DNA from: a virus
Taxonomy: Duplodnaviria > Caudoviricetes
Direction: 5' to 3' (one strand)
Virus record (IMG/VR): IMGVR_UViG_3300032250_000532
Location: 1-26,266 of that record
DNA length: 26,266 nucleotides
Below, one piece after another: positions 17,495-25,439 of this stretch (position 1 is the first letter of the stretch; every line of letters begins with the position of its first letter). The position numbers were made by a program, and so were the translations under genes. The notes under the pieces are model-generated. The model was not told the origin of the DNA. It worked only from the letters and a program-made list of their open reading frames with translations, and ran no database searches.

Positions 17495-19597
17495 TCAGTC
17501 AAAGCTCGGCGCGAAGCTGAGCGTTCCGTTCGGGTGTTCCTCATTGGCCATCACCAGCGCCTCGGCCGCGCTCACGATCGAACCGCTGCGGGCGACGTGA
17601 GTGGCAAGCGAGCGAGGCTCGCCATACACGCCATCGCGCACGACGAACTGTTTGACGCCGGCTGCCATGGCGTGCTCGATAGTCGAGATATTGGCAGCAT
17701 AGGCTGTTTCGGTCCGCGCGATCCGGCGCGATCGGGTCTTAGGATCATTGCTTGGACCGGCCTCGACTAGCCCCGCTATGCGTTCCGCGATTTTGGTTGA
17801 ACCTTCGCCCGCCGCACGCCCCTCGGCCAGCGCTTCGAACAGGGCATCGCGCGTCTGCTGGTCGAGATCGACCAGGCCGACGCGGCGCCCGCCCGCCGCG
17901 ACAATTGAGTTTGCGACGACGTCCGGGAACTGCACAACAATCCCCGCCTGTTCGGCCACGCCGTTCACCGATTGCGCAACTTCGAGGTACTGCGCCTGAT
18001 AGGCCGTGCCCAGATCGCGCTGCCACTCCGGAATGCCCAGCTTGTCGAGGATCATCGCCACCAGCAGATCATCGGCTTTGGTCTCGCCCTCTGCCTGAGC
18101 TTTCGGGGGCGTGGGAAACGCCTGCTCGAGCAGCGGCAGCGCCGCCGCCTTGGCCGCTGTGCCGAGCCGCTTGAAATACTGCTCGAGCGTCACCGTGAAG
18201 CGCGCGGCGAGCGGCGTGGAGATCCCCTCGATCGACTTGATCCAGGCGCGCGCCTTTTTCAGCGCATCCTCGCTCGGCGCCGCCTTTTCCTCTTTCGGTG
18301 CGGGCGGATCGCCCGGCGTCGTTGCCGCTGGCGCTTGCCCTTCCGGCACTTCGATCTGGCTGATCGTGCGGATGTAGAACTTGTGGCTGTCGTCAGCCGG
18401 CAGGCCCATCTCGACGCGCCATTCGAACAGCGTGATCGCGCCGGCTGCCAGCTGCTTGTTCAGCCGGTCGGTCCGCTTGTCCTCATCCTCCTGCAGCGCG
18501 ATCACATCGGAAGTGTCCCATTCCACCTCCATGCCGGCCGCATCGCCAAACTGCGGCAGCAGCGATCGCTGCAGCTCGTCGGAGAGGATGCGCAGGATCG
18601 GCAGCACGCCGTTGTTCCAGGCGAGCTTGCGCAGCTCCTCCATGGTGGCGCCGACCTTGGTCTGCTGCAGCCCCGCGCCGAAGCCGACGATCGCGGCCGG
18701 AATGCCCAGCGCGGCGCAGACGCGCTCCTCGGCCACATCGCGCCCTTCGCTCATGTTGAGCTGCTGCGGGTTGAAGCCATAGGGCTGCACATCGGTCGGC
18801 GCGCCCATCACCAGCGGCCCGCCGCGATTGTCGCCGCCGAACGCCTGCTTGAACCAGGTCTTTGTCGCCTCCACGTCGTCCGGGTTCGGGATCGCGCCCG
18901 CCTTGGGGCTGATCACCACGCCGGGCACGCCCATGTTCCGCAGCAGGCTGGCGACGAAGTTGCTGCTCTCCAGGTCGATGAAGATCTCGCGGATCACACC
19001 GTCCAGCGGCGAAAGGCCTTTGCGCATGTTGCGCGGGTTCATGCCGTGGCGGAAGTGGACCACATCATCGAACGGCAGATCGATCTGCCCGCGGCCACCG
19101 CCCGGGCTGTAGCGATAGTGCGAAATGAAGAGGCTGCCGTCGGCCGGCCACATCGGCTCCATCATCCAGTGCGGCACCCACCACAGCGCGGCCGGACGGC
19201 CAACGCCGTCGCGGACGATCACCCAATAGGCATTGCCGTCGCCGCAAAGGCTCAGGATCGTTGCCGTCCACAGCACGATATCGCCATAGAACTCGTTGGG
19301 CGTCTTGATCAGCGCGAGCATGGGATGGTCTTTGAGGTATTCTTCCTCGCCGTCCGCCAGTTCGCGGCAGATCGTCAGCTTCGCCTCGGGCACCGCGCGC
19401 TGGATCCACATGATCGGCGCGGTGACGACGGAGGAATCGAGCCCGTCGCCCACCTCGCGCCGATAATCGAAGCGGGTGCGCTTCAGCATGCCGAGGAACA
19501 GCTGCTGCCCGCCGCCGCCGCTTCCGGGCAGCGCCATCGACGTCAGCGACTGCGCTTCCTTGGCGCCGAAAGGGTTCAAGCGGGCAAGCCAGTTCAT
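17495..19597 (-). CDS. HK97-family portal fused to a Mu-F/SPP1-gp7-like head morphogenesis domain (700 aa)
   Basis: True start MNWLARLN at 19597 (ATGA overlap with TerL). HPMLALIKTPN, GNAYW, VVHFR and GLSPL portal motifs; C-terminal RIARTET...HPNG F-like motifs in the same frame. Confidence 0.85.
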   Translation of the reverse strand: MNWLARLNPFGAKEAQSLTSMALPGSGGGGQQLFLGMLKRTRFDYRREVGDGLDSSVVTAPIMWIQRAVPEAKLTICRELADGEEEYLKDHPMLALIKTPNEFYGDIVLWTATILSLCGDGNAYWVIVRDGVGRPAALWWVPHWMMEPMWPADGSLFISHYRYSPGGGRGQIDLPFDDVVHFRHGMNPRNMRKGLSPLDGVIREIFIDLESSNFVASLLRNMGVPGVVISPKAGAIPNPDDVEATKTWFKQAFGGDNRGGPLVMGAPTDVQPYGFNPQQLNMSEGRDVAEERVCAALGIPAAIVGFGAGLQQTKVGATMEELRKLAWNNGVLPILRILSDELQRSLLPQFGDAAGMEVEWDTSDVIALQEDEDKRTDRLNKQLAAGAITLFEWRVEMGLPADDSHKFYIRTISQIEVPEGQAPAATTPGDPPAPKEEKAAPSEDALKKARAWIKSIEGISTPLAARFTVTLEQYFKRLGTAAKAAALPLLEQAFPTPPKAQAEGETKADDLLVAMILDKLGIPEWQRDLGTAYQAQYLEVAQSVNGVAEQAGIVVQFPDVVANSIVAAGGRRVGLVDLDQQTRDALFEALAEGRAAGEGSTKIAERIAGLVEAGPSNDPKTRSRRIARTETAYAANISTIEHAMAAGVKQFVVRDGVYGEPRSLATHVARSGSIVSAAEALVMANEEHPNGTLSFAPSFD

Positions 19598-20997
19598 GCG
19601 GGGATCCAGTTCTTGTCTAGGTCGGAGACAGCCCCAATGTTGAGCTCGACCGGCGTCATCGGCCGCCACTGCGCGCCCTCCGCGCCGCTCGCGGCATGGA
19701 TGCCCAGCGCCATTGCCCAGAAGCGGTCGGAGTGCCCGTCCGGCGTCCGCTCGGCGGTGAAGCGGATATTGCCCGCCATCGTCACCTGCTTGGTGACAGC
19801 GCGCAGATCGGCGCGGATCTTTCCGTCCATCGGAATGCGCACGCGCCGATCCTCCATGCGCGATCGCACCGGATAGGCCAGCTGCTCCTTGGTCTGCTGG
19901 GTAAAGGTCACACCCTCGATCTTGTAGGTGCCGAAGCGCGCCTGCGCGTCGTCCACCCAGCCAATGCCGAGGCCGGTGTTGTCGATGCACACCCGCTGGC
20001 ACCGCGCGAACCATGGCCACAGGATGCGCTCCTGCTCGCCCTTGGTCATGTTCTGCAGTGTAAGGACCAGGCGCGTATAGAGCACGTCGCCGAGCAGCTC
20101 GAAGACCCACAGCACGGTGAGGTCCTTCTTGCGGCCGATATCGACCCCGGCAAACAGCGTGCCGCCCTGGATCGTCTCCCAATCCGTGCCCTGCGGATAC
20201 TCGGCCGAGGCGATCAGATCGTACTCGAGGAAGGCCGCGTTGTCATCGGCCGGCCGGCACATGTACTCCTGCTGGAAGCTCTCCTCGTCCGCGCAGCCGC
20301 TTCTCACGAAGTCGAAATAGGCGGCCTCGTCCATGTCCTGGCGCGGATCTTCGGCCGGAAGGCTCTGCTGCAGCTTGTAGAGGAAGCCGTCATCCAGCGC
20401 GTCCTGCAGCGTCACGGTGTGCAGGCTGATCCCCTTGGGATTGCCGCCTTCCTTCGCCTCGCGCACGAGCTGGTTGAAGAAGTTGCCGGTGCCGCGGTGC
20501 GTGGAGATCAGCTCCATCGCGCCGCCCCAGGTGATGCCCGGATAAGCGATGGCCCAGAGCTTGCGCGGATCGGGATGGAGCGCGAACTCGTCGAGGATAC
20601 GCCCGCCGCGCTTGCCCGCCTGCGCGTCCGGGTTCGAGCTCATCGAATTGATGCGCCGCCCGCTGTCGAAGTTCAGCACATAGGCGGTGTGCTTCTTCTC
20701 CTGGTCGAGCAGCACTTCGCCCAGATCGGCGGCGGCCATGTCGAGGATCTTGGCAAAGAGCTTGCAGTCCTCAAGGAACAGGCGCGCCTGGATATCATCG
20801 CGGCTGCTCACCCACTGGTCGGTCTTCGCGCCTTCCTTGCCGGTGCGCGCGACGGCGGCATAGGCGGTGGACCAGGAGATGCCGATCTGGCGGCTCTTCT
20901 CCATCAGCTTCAGCCGCGCCTCGTCCGCAATCCACCGCGCCTGATAAGGCAGGAAGATCGCGCCCGGGTTGGCAGGGATGATCTTGGCCGCGCCCAT
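19594..20997 (-). CDS. terL: Terminase large subunit, Mu gp28-like
   Basis: FLPYQ, KSRQIGIS Walker A, ILDEFA Walker B, ISTH, GVDIGR and GHSDRFWA nuclease motifs. Confidence 0.93.
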   Translation of the reverse strand: MGAAKIIPANPGAIFLPYQARWIADEARLKLMEKSRQIGISWSTAYAAVARTGKEGAKTDQWVSSRDDIQARLFLEDCKLFAKILDMAAADLGEVLLDQEKKHTAYVLNFDSGRRINSMSSNPDAQAGKRGGRILDEFALHPDPRKLWAIAYPGITWGGAMELISTHRGTGNFFNQLVREAKEGGNPKGISLHTVTLQDALDDGFLYKLQQSLPAEDPRQDMDEAAYFDFVRSGCADEESFQQEYMCRPADDNAAFLEYDLIASAEYPQGTDWETIQGGTLFAGVDIGRKKDLTVLWVFELLGDVLYTRLVLTLQNMTKGEQERILWPWFARCQRVCIDNTGLGIGWVDDAQARFGTYKIEGVTFTQQTKEQLAYPVRSRMEDRRVRIPMDGKIRADLRAVTKQVTMAGNIRFTAERTPDGHSDRFWAMALGIHAASGAEGAQWRPMTPVELNIGAVSDLDKNWIPA

Positions 20998-21179
20998 CAG
21001 TCGCGTGCCTGTGCCAGTGTGATCTTGAACTTCTGGCCGTCCAGCACGAAGGTGTACGTCGCTAAGAGCGTGGGCGAGACCGGCAGCAACGGCACGAGCC
21101 GCTCTGCCATCTCGACCACCTTCTGACCGACGAAATAGACAACGTCGAGGCGATCAAATTCGTGCGCTTCGTCCGCCAT
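20997..21179 (-). CDS. Hypothetical protein (60 aa)
   Basis: TGATG overlaps with both TerS and TerL. Confidence 0.6.
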   Translation of the reverse strand: MADEAHEFDRLDVVYFVGQKVVEMAERLVPLLPVSPTLLATYTFVLDGQKFKITLAQARD

Positions 21180-21775
21180 CAGCCCACTCCCAGCAGTCGG
21201 TTGATCTCGGTGAGCGTACCCTCGCTGACACCGGCCCGGCGCGCCTGGCTGGAAACGGCCTCGGCCTTCTTCTGCTCTTCGGCCTTTTCCTTGGCGTCGC
21301 GTTCCTTGCGGCGCTCGTTTTCGGCGGCGATCGCCTCGGCCTCGTTGATCACCTTCACCGTGCGCGCCAGGGCGAGCAGGCTGTCCTCGGTCACCTGCCC
21401 CGGCCGCACGAGCGCGAGCGCGCTGATCTTGAGCATTTCGGAGAACGCGACGTCGATCGGCTTGTCGCCCTTGAGGCCGAGCTTGTCGGCCAGCTCGCCC
21501 ACCATCGCGCGGCCCTCGGCCATGTCGCGATAGAGGATCGCCTGACGCACGGCATAGCGGCTGAAGGCAGACTTTGAGACCGGCTCCAGCCCCAGCCCGA
21601 CAAGCTGCCGGTTGAACTCGGCGAGGATCTCGTTGAGCGGCAGCTTGCGCTCCTCGATCGCCGTCGCCGCCCAGTTCACCGCCTCCTGCGCCTCTTCGGG
21701 CAGCATCTCGATCGACGAGAGCCGGCCGCGCCCCTTTCGGCGGTTTGCGCCAAAGCCGGCCGAGGCTTCGCTCAT
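21179..21775 (-). CDS. Mu gp27-like (DUF3486) putative terminase small subunit
   Basis: GRLSSIEMLPEE and SKSAFSRY motifs; upstream of TerL. Confidence 0.85.
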   Translation of the reverse strand: MSEASAGFGANRRKGRGRLSSIEMLPEEAQEAVNWAATAIEERKLPLNEILAEFNRQLVGLGLEPVSKSAFSRYAVRQAILYRDMAEGRAMVGELADKLGLKGDKPIDVAFSEMLKISALALVRPGQVTEDSLLALARTVKVINEAEAIAAENERRKERDAKEKAEEQKKAEAVSSQARRAGVSEGTLTEINRLLGVG

Positions 21776-22074
21776 TCCTCGATCTCGCGCGGGCGGGCCA
21801 CGCCCTCGATCACGCTGCGCTCGTCGACATGGTCGAGCCCGGTGCGCGTGATCGTCGCCACCATGGTCGGCCCCAGCATGGCGATGCTGATCGCGTCGAG
21901 CTGCTCCAGCTTGCGCAGCTGCGTGGCGATCCAGTCGCGATCGCGCTTGATGCCATAGATGTCGAGCGTGGTGCGCAGCGCCAGTTCAGAGGCGCGGCCA
22001 TCGGTCTGGCGCGCCAGTTCCTTCAGGATGCGCAGCCGCGCCTCACGCGCGACATGGGCGGCAAAATCGTTCAC
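21772..22074 (-). CDS. Mu gp26-like winged-helix protein
   Basis: RLRILKEL...ATITRTGLDHV...IEGVARP; Mu synteny. Confidence 0.8.
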   Translation of the reverse strand: MNDFAAHVAREARLRILKELARQTDGRASELALRTTLDIYGIKRDRDWIATQLRKLEQLDAISIAMLGPTMVATITRTGLDHVDERSVIEGVARPREIEE

Positions 22075-22433
22075 GGACGGCTCCTCAGAAAATCGTCGAT
22101 CCGGCGCACGGCGCTGGCGATGCTGTCGAGCTCGGTCTTCACCGCCGTCAGCTGGTTGGCCACCTTGTGCAGATCTTCCTTGGTCGGCAGGTGCGCCATC
22201 TGGTCCTCAAGCCGCTGGATGCGCCGATCGTGTTCCTTCAGATCCTCGCGGTGCCGATCGGCGCGTGCTTCGAAGGCGGCTTCAAGCTCCTCGCGGCTCT
22301 TCTTCTCGTCATCGATCCGCTTGTTCGTGTCGCGCGCCGGGCGGCTGATCCACAGCCACAAGGCATTGGCGATGCCGATCAGCAGAGCCACCAGCGAGAG
22401 CGCCTGGTTGAGCGTGGTGAGGTTGCCGAGCAT
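22071..22433 (-). CDS. Mu gp25-like (DUF2730) membrane-anchored coiled-coil protein
   Basis: Start MLGNLTT at 22433; N-terminal TM segment; LEDQMAHLPTKEDLH motif. Confidence 0.8.
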   Translation of the reverse strand: MLGNLTTLNQALSLVALLIGIANALWLWISRPARDTNKRIDDEKKSREELEAAFEARADRHREDLKEHDRRIQRLEDQMAHLPTKEDLHKVANQLTAVKTELDSIASAVRRIDDFLRSRP

Positions 22434-22437
22434 CGCC

Positions 22438-22653
22438 TCACCCGATCTTCTTGTTGGCGCGGAACCGGCCAATGATCGTGAGCAGGGCGAACAGGCCTGT
22501 CGCGATCTCGGCGACCGCGCTGCCGGCCGCGCTGGCGTCGGCAGGATCGGGTGACACGCCCGATGCGACGGCGCACACCAGCACAAGGATTTGCCCGAGC
22601 CCGGACCAGATTGTCAGCGATTGCCACCAGGGCTTGGTATTGTTGATGCTCAC
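22438..22653 (-). CDS. Putative holin (71 aa, 2 TM segments)
   Basis: GTG 22653 with GAGGA RBS; KPWWQSLTIW, two hydrophobic segments, basic C-terminus. Confidence 0.6.
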   Translation of the reverse strand: MSINNTKPWWQSLTIWSGLGQILVLVCAVASGVSPDPADASAAGSAVAEIATGLFALLTIIGRFRANKKIG

Positions 22654-22814
22654 GACATTGGTCCTCGCGTGTAGGGCTCGAAGTTCGAAGGCGGCGGCGG
22701 CAGCTCGCCGGAGGGGCCGGGAATGCCGCGCAGGTGGCGGCGATGAATGCGGCCAAGCGCAAACCCGGCAAAATAGGCTCCGATCGGGATCAGAATGAGG
22801 AGCAGCACGGTCAC
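22650..22814 (-). CDS. Small single-TM peptide (54 aa) in the lysis cassette, below the ORF-track cutoff
   Basis: MTVLLLILIPIGAYFAGFALGRIHRRHLRGIPGPSGELPPPPSNFEPYTRGPMS; GTGA overlaps at both ends (endolysin stop, holin start). Confidence 0.65.
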   Translation of the reverse strand: MTVLLLILIPIGAYFAGFALGRIHRRHLRGIPGPSGELPPPPSNFEPYTRGPMS

Positions 22815-23491
22815 CGCCCCAACTCCTCGGCACGCGCCAGCCAGCCATTGAGGAAGCGCTTCTGATCGGGCCAGCGGCGCACGATCGCGCGGTAGCGCTC
22901 GGCGGCTGCCGCGCGGTACGCATCGGTCAGCGCGGGCATGCCGAGCGCGTTCCAGCGCAGCACTTCGGCAAGCGAGGCGCGCGTCTTCTCGCCGATCACG
23001 CCGTCAACCGCCAGCTTGGCATTGGGCCGTGCGGCGCGAAAGCCGGGGTTCATTGCGCAGACGTTGATCGCCCGCTGCAGCAGCTTGCGCGCGGCAGTGA
23101 GCCCGCCGTTGACGCCCTGGTCGAACAGCATCTCGCCGATCGGCGCGGGGAACGTGTCCGCCTGCAGCTTCTCCCAGAAGCAGCGATGATAGAGAAACAC
23201 CGCGTCGCCGCGCTTCAGCAGCCGGATATCGATCCAGTCGATATCGCCGTCGAGATCGAGGTCGAAGTCGGCGCGCCCGTCCGCATCGTGATCGAAGTGC
23301 CCCTCAGCCGCCAGAAACCGCAGCGAAATGCCGTACTTTGTCGTGCCGCCGCGATCCTTGGGATCATCGACGAAACCGCCCTCGATCTTGAGCAGCTTGC
23401 GCACCGCCACCGCAAAGCGCGGCGAGTATCCCTCGACGACGATTTCGGCGTCTTCAGAGCTTGTTTCGGGAGAGGCTGCAGGCTGACTCAT
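22811..23491 (-). CDS. Endolysin, glycoside hydrolase family 108, with peptidoglycan-binding C-terminus
   Basis: EGGFVDDPKDRGGTTKYGIS, FDQGVNGG, VDGVIGEKT and RFLNGWLAR motifs. Confidence 0.92.
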   Translation of the reverse strand: MSQPAASPETSSEDAEIVVEGYSPRFAVAVRKLLKIEGGFVDDPKDRGGTTKYGISLRFLAAEGHFDHDADGRADFDLDLDGDIDWIDIRLLKRGDAVFLYHRCFWEKLQADTFPAPIGEMLFDQGVNGGLTAARKLLQRAINVCAMNPGFRAARPNAKLAVDGVIGEKTRASLAEVLRWNALGMPALTDAYRAAAAERYRAIVRRWPDQKRFLNGWLARAEELGR

Positions 23492-23523
23492 GAGCCTGCT
23501 TCTGGCGTCTGGGCCGGGGAGGC

Positions 23524-23545
23524 GCGCCCCGGAACACGGTCCGGG
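23524..23545 (-). promoter_or_regulatory. Dyad motif, putative late (lysis) promoter, copy 3
   Basis: + strand gcgccccggaacacggtccggg; 33 nt from the endolysin ATG and just downstream of the Mor/C gene. Confidence 0.7.
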
Positions 23546-23561
23546 GCTGCCGTTTCAGGGA

Positions 23562-23954
23562 TCAGAGCAGGCTGAGCTGCCGATCATTCTTCGGCGCGCC
23601 GATCAGTTGCCGACGCTTCCGGATTGCGCGGGTTGAGTAGCGCGTCGCGAGCGCGATGTCACGTTCCGAGCGGCCTTCGGCCAGCATCGCGTCAACCTTG
23701 GCCCGCACGCGCGCCTGATGGCCGGAAGGGCCGAGCGGCAGATCAACGCGGCGCGGGCCGACGCCAAGGGTCAATTGATCAGCCACCTTGCGCGCCGCCT
23801 CGACGCCGATCAACCGGCAGAGCCAGTGATCGGCATCGGGCACGGGGGGAATGTAGATCTGCGTCCCCCCGCGCACGTCCGCGATCGCGAGGGCAGCTTC
23901 ATAGCCAGCCACCTCCGCGATCTCGGCCAAAATGGCGGGCAGGTTAGCCGACAT
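23562..23954 (-). CDS. Mor/C-family transcriptional activator (probable late activator)
   Basis: LAEIAEVAG...AALAIA..RGGTQIYIP plus C-terminal HTH; sits just before the lysis genes like Mu C. Confidence 0.82.
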   Translation of the reverse strand: MSANLPAILAEIAEVAGYEAALAIADVRGGTQIYIPPVPDADHWLCRLIGVEAARKVADQLTLGVGPRRVDLPLGPSGHQARVRAKVDAMLAEGRSERDIALATRYSTRAIRKRRQLIGAPKNDRQLSLL

Positions 23955-24285
23955 CGCCGCCTTCTCCCGCCGCATTCGGCCGCTGCAGCCGGCGAAAGCT
24001 CGCCGCCTGGTTGTGCCGGCCGTCTTCGCTCATCACCGTCACCACGGTGCCATTGCGCACGAGGTAGACGAGCCCGCCCGCCAGAATGAGCATCTCATCC
24101 TGGCCAAGCTTGTTCGCCGCCTGCCACGCCCGATCGAGCGCGACCGTCAGCGCCATGCGCAGCTGCTCCACATCGACGACGCCGGCCCGCTCGATGAATC
24201 GGAACAGCGCATGGTCCGAAACCTTGAGCGCTGGCCGGGCCGCTGCGGGCTGCGGCTGCGCCTTGCGCGCTGCCCGGCGGCTCAC
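23944..24285 (-). CDS. Hypothetical protein (SDHALFRFIER...VVTV)
   Basis: GTG 24285 overlapping the upstream stop; 113 aa. Confidence 0.65.
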   Translation of the reverse strand: MSRRAARKAQPQPAAARPALKVSDHALFRFIERAGVVDVEQLRMALTVALDRAWQAANKLGQDEMLILAGGLVYLVRNGTVVTVMSEDGRHNQAASFRRLQRPNAAGEGGDVG

Positions 24286-24488
24286 GAGAGCCACCGCGCG
24301 ATTGCCGACCAGCCTGCCCAGACCAGCAGGCCGATCACCGTCCAGAACACCGTGGTGAACGCGATGATCACCACCCATTCCCACATCAGCGGCGGCTTGG
24401 CCTGCGGCGCATCGTCATCGGCGATCGCCAGCTCATACCATTCGGCAAGGCCCTCGGTGCCGGGCTCGTCGCCCATCCAGCTGTTCAT
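24282..24488 (-). CDS. Small membrane protein (68 aa)
   Basis: GGAGG RBS, ATGA overlap; Trp-rich hydrophobic C-terminal half. Confidence 0.65.
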   Translation of the reverse strand: MNSWMGDEPGTEGLAEWYELAIADDDAPQAKPPLMWEWVVIIAFTTVFWTVIGLLVWAGWSAIARWLS

Positions 24489-24706
24489 GATGCGCCTCCC
24501 GCCTTGATCCGCATCGCGTCAAAATCCGCATAGGCGGCTTCGATCTCGGCGCGCTTTTCGATCAGGATTCGGGCGATGCCAGCGGTGAGGCCGCTATCGT
24601 TGCCAACGCGGCCGAGGATCATCGAGAGATCGGCGACGACGGCGTCGACCGGATTGCTGTGCAGGTTGCCGTTGTTATCGGCAAAGGCCGAGACGACACT
24701 AGCCAT
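24485..24706 (-). CDS. Hypothetical protein (73 aa)
   Basis: Start MASVVSAF at 24706 with AAGGGG RBS; overlaps the GemA stop. Confidence 0.65.
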   Translation of the reverse strand: MASVVSAFADNNGNLHSNPVDAVVADLSMILGRVGNDSGLTAGIARILIEKRAEIEAAYADFDAMRIKAGGAS

Positions 24707-25439
24707 TGTCGTTCCCCTTGTTGATGTCGGCGCCCGCATGGGCGCGCAGTTTGGCGCCGAGCGCCGATGCAAGGCGTGACCAGTCTTCGGAGGTCCACTG
24801 GCCGCGTTCCCCGCTGCCTGCGGCCTCAATGCCGCAGAGCCGCGACTGGGCGACATGCAGCGGCCAGTCGGCCGGGACGACGCCGGCCGCCTTCAGCTTC
24901 TTGAGGATCGCCTCGCACAGCGATGTCTGCAGCTGGATCGTGGTCAGCTGCTTGTGCGTCACGATGCTGTGCTGCGGCCACCCGGCGCGCTCGGCCATGG
25001 CCTTCAGCGCCTCGATCAGCTTGTAGGCGTCGCGCTGGTTGGCCCAGCGCATTTTCTCGCAGCCGAGCTGGCGCTTGGCGAAAGCCTCGAGCGCCTGCTC
25101 GCTCGGGTTGTGCACGGCGCCGAGCTGGTGGAGCGAGATCCACAGCGCGCGCGCCTTGCGGGCCATCGGATGCGATGCCGCCTTGCCCGATGGCGAGGAG
25201 GAGAAGCCCTTCGACTGCATGAACTGCAGCACGCGCCCGAGCTGGGCGTCGCTGCACTTGGTCAGGCTGTCATGGCCGGTCTGGTCGATCAGCGCCTGGC
25301 GATAGTCGTCCTCGACCATGCCCAGTTGCTTCCGCGCGATCTGGATCTTCGCGATCATTGAACGGCGGTGCTGGCTGCCGGCGTCGAAACGCGCCGGGCG
25401 CGCGGCTGCGCGATCAGCCAAAAGCGGGGATGCGGCCAT
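24699..25439 (-). CDS. gemA: Mu gp16/GemA family protein (DUF1018)
   Basis: IAKIQIARKQLGM.EDDYR...TGHDS, KARALWISL and LIEALKAM motifs; ATG 25439 with GGAGG RBS. Confidence 0.88.
   Translation of the reverse strand: MAASPLLADRAAARPARFDAGSQHRRSMIAKIQIARKQLGMVEDDYRQALIDQTGHDSLTKCSDAQLGRVLQFMQSKGFSSSPSGKAASHPMARKARALWISLHQLGAVHNPSEQALEAFAKRQLGCEKMRWANQRDAYKLIEALKAMAERAGWPQHSIVTHKQLTTIQLQTSLCEAILKKLKAAGVVPADWPLHVAQSRLCGIEAAGSGERGQWTSEDWSRLASALGAKLRAHAGADINKGNDNG

Noticed and set aside
19598-20182. N-terminal extension of the 895-aa portal ORF
   Set aside because: Lies inside TerL in another frame; the ATGA-coupled start at 19597 gives a normal portal N-terminus.
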